Source: Sphagnum compactum (lineage: Eukaryota). From it: DNA of 64,000 nucleotides. Where the stretch lies: the NCBI GenBank assembly GCA_965153455.1, contig OZ234493.1, forward strand, positions 30,184,213 through 30,248,212, given 5' to 3'. Each line of letters starts with the position of its first letter. The stretch's first letter is position 1. Below are positions 63,876-64,000 of this stretch, piece after piece. The notes beneath the pieces are model-generated. The model searched no databases. It saw only the letters and a list, made by a program, of their open reading frames with translations, and had not been told where the DNA came from. The position numbers and the translations under genes are program-made.

Positions 63876-64000
63876 CTGCAATTTCACGCATGTAGAATCT
63901 TGTCATGATTCGCAGTTGTGCTGACCCTTATCACTGAACCTCTGAAGCTGTCTAAGTACACCACACTATTTCAAATCACACATCCACTTCAGGTCTGCTC

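Overview
AT-rich eukaryotic nuclear DNA from a land plant. The intron style, gene content and repeat families suggest a bryophyte, probably a Sphagnum-like moss (inference). Three spliced host genes lie on the minus strand: an F-box/LRR protein of the SKIP2/VFB family (2 exons, 17149-18943), a type II membrane O-fucosyltransferase-fold glycosyltransferase (6 exons, 39477-42289), and the last three coding exons of a sphingoid long-chain-base kinase (LCBK1-like, 61756-63875, gene continues beyond the window). Between them are degenerate Gag and Ty3/gypsy remnants, a pogo-like DDE transposase relic, MITEs, tandem repeats and microsatellites. The most notable object is a 5'-truncated, stop-free Penelope-like reverse transcriptase (58812-60077, minus). 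It has features of the Naiad/Chlamys clade: a DFSTLYT motif, a long insertion in the fingers, and no C-terminal GIY-YIG. It has (CA)n runs at both apparent ends. Its 3' region is strongly structured and holds all three hammerhead-ribozyme core strands in a non-canonical order.
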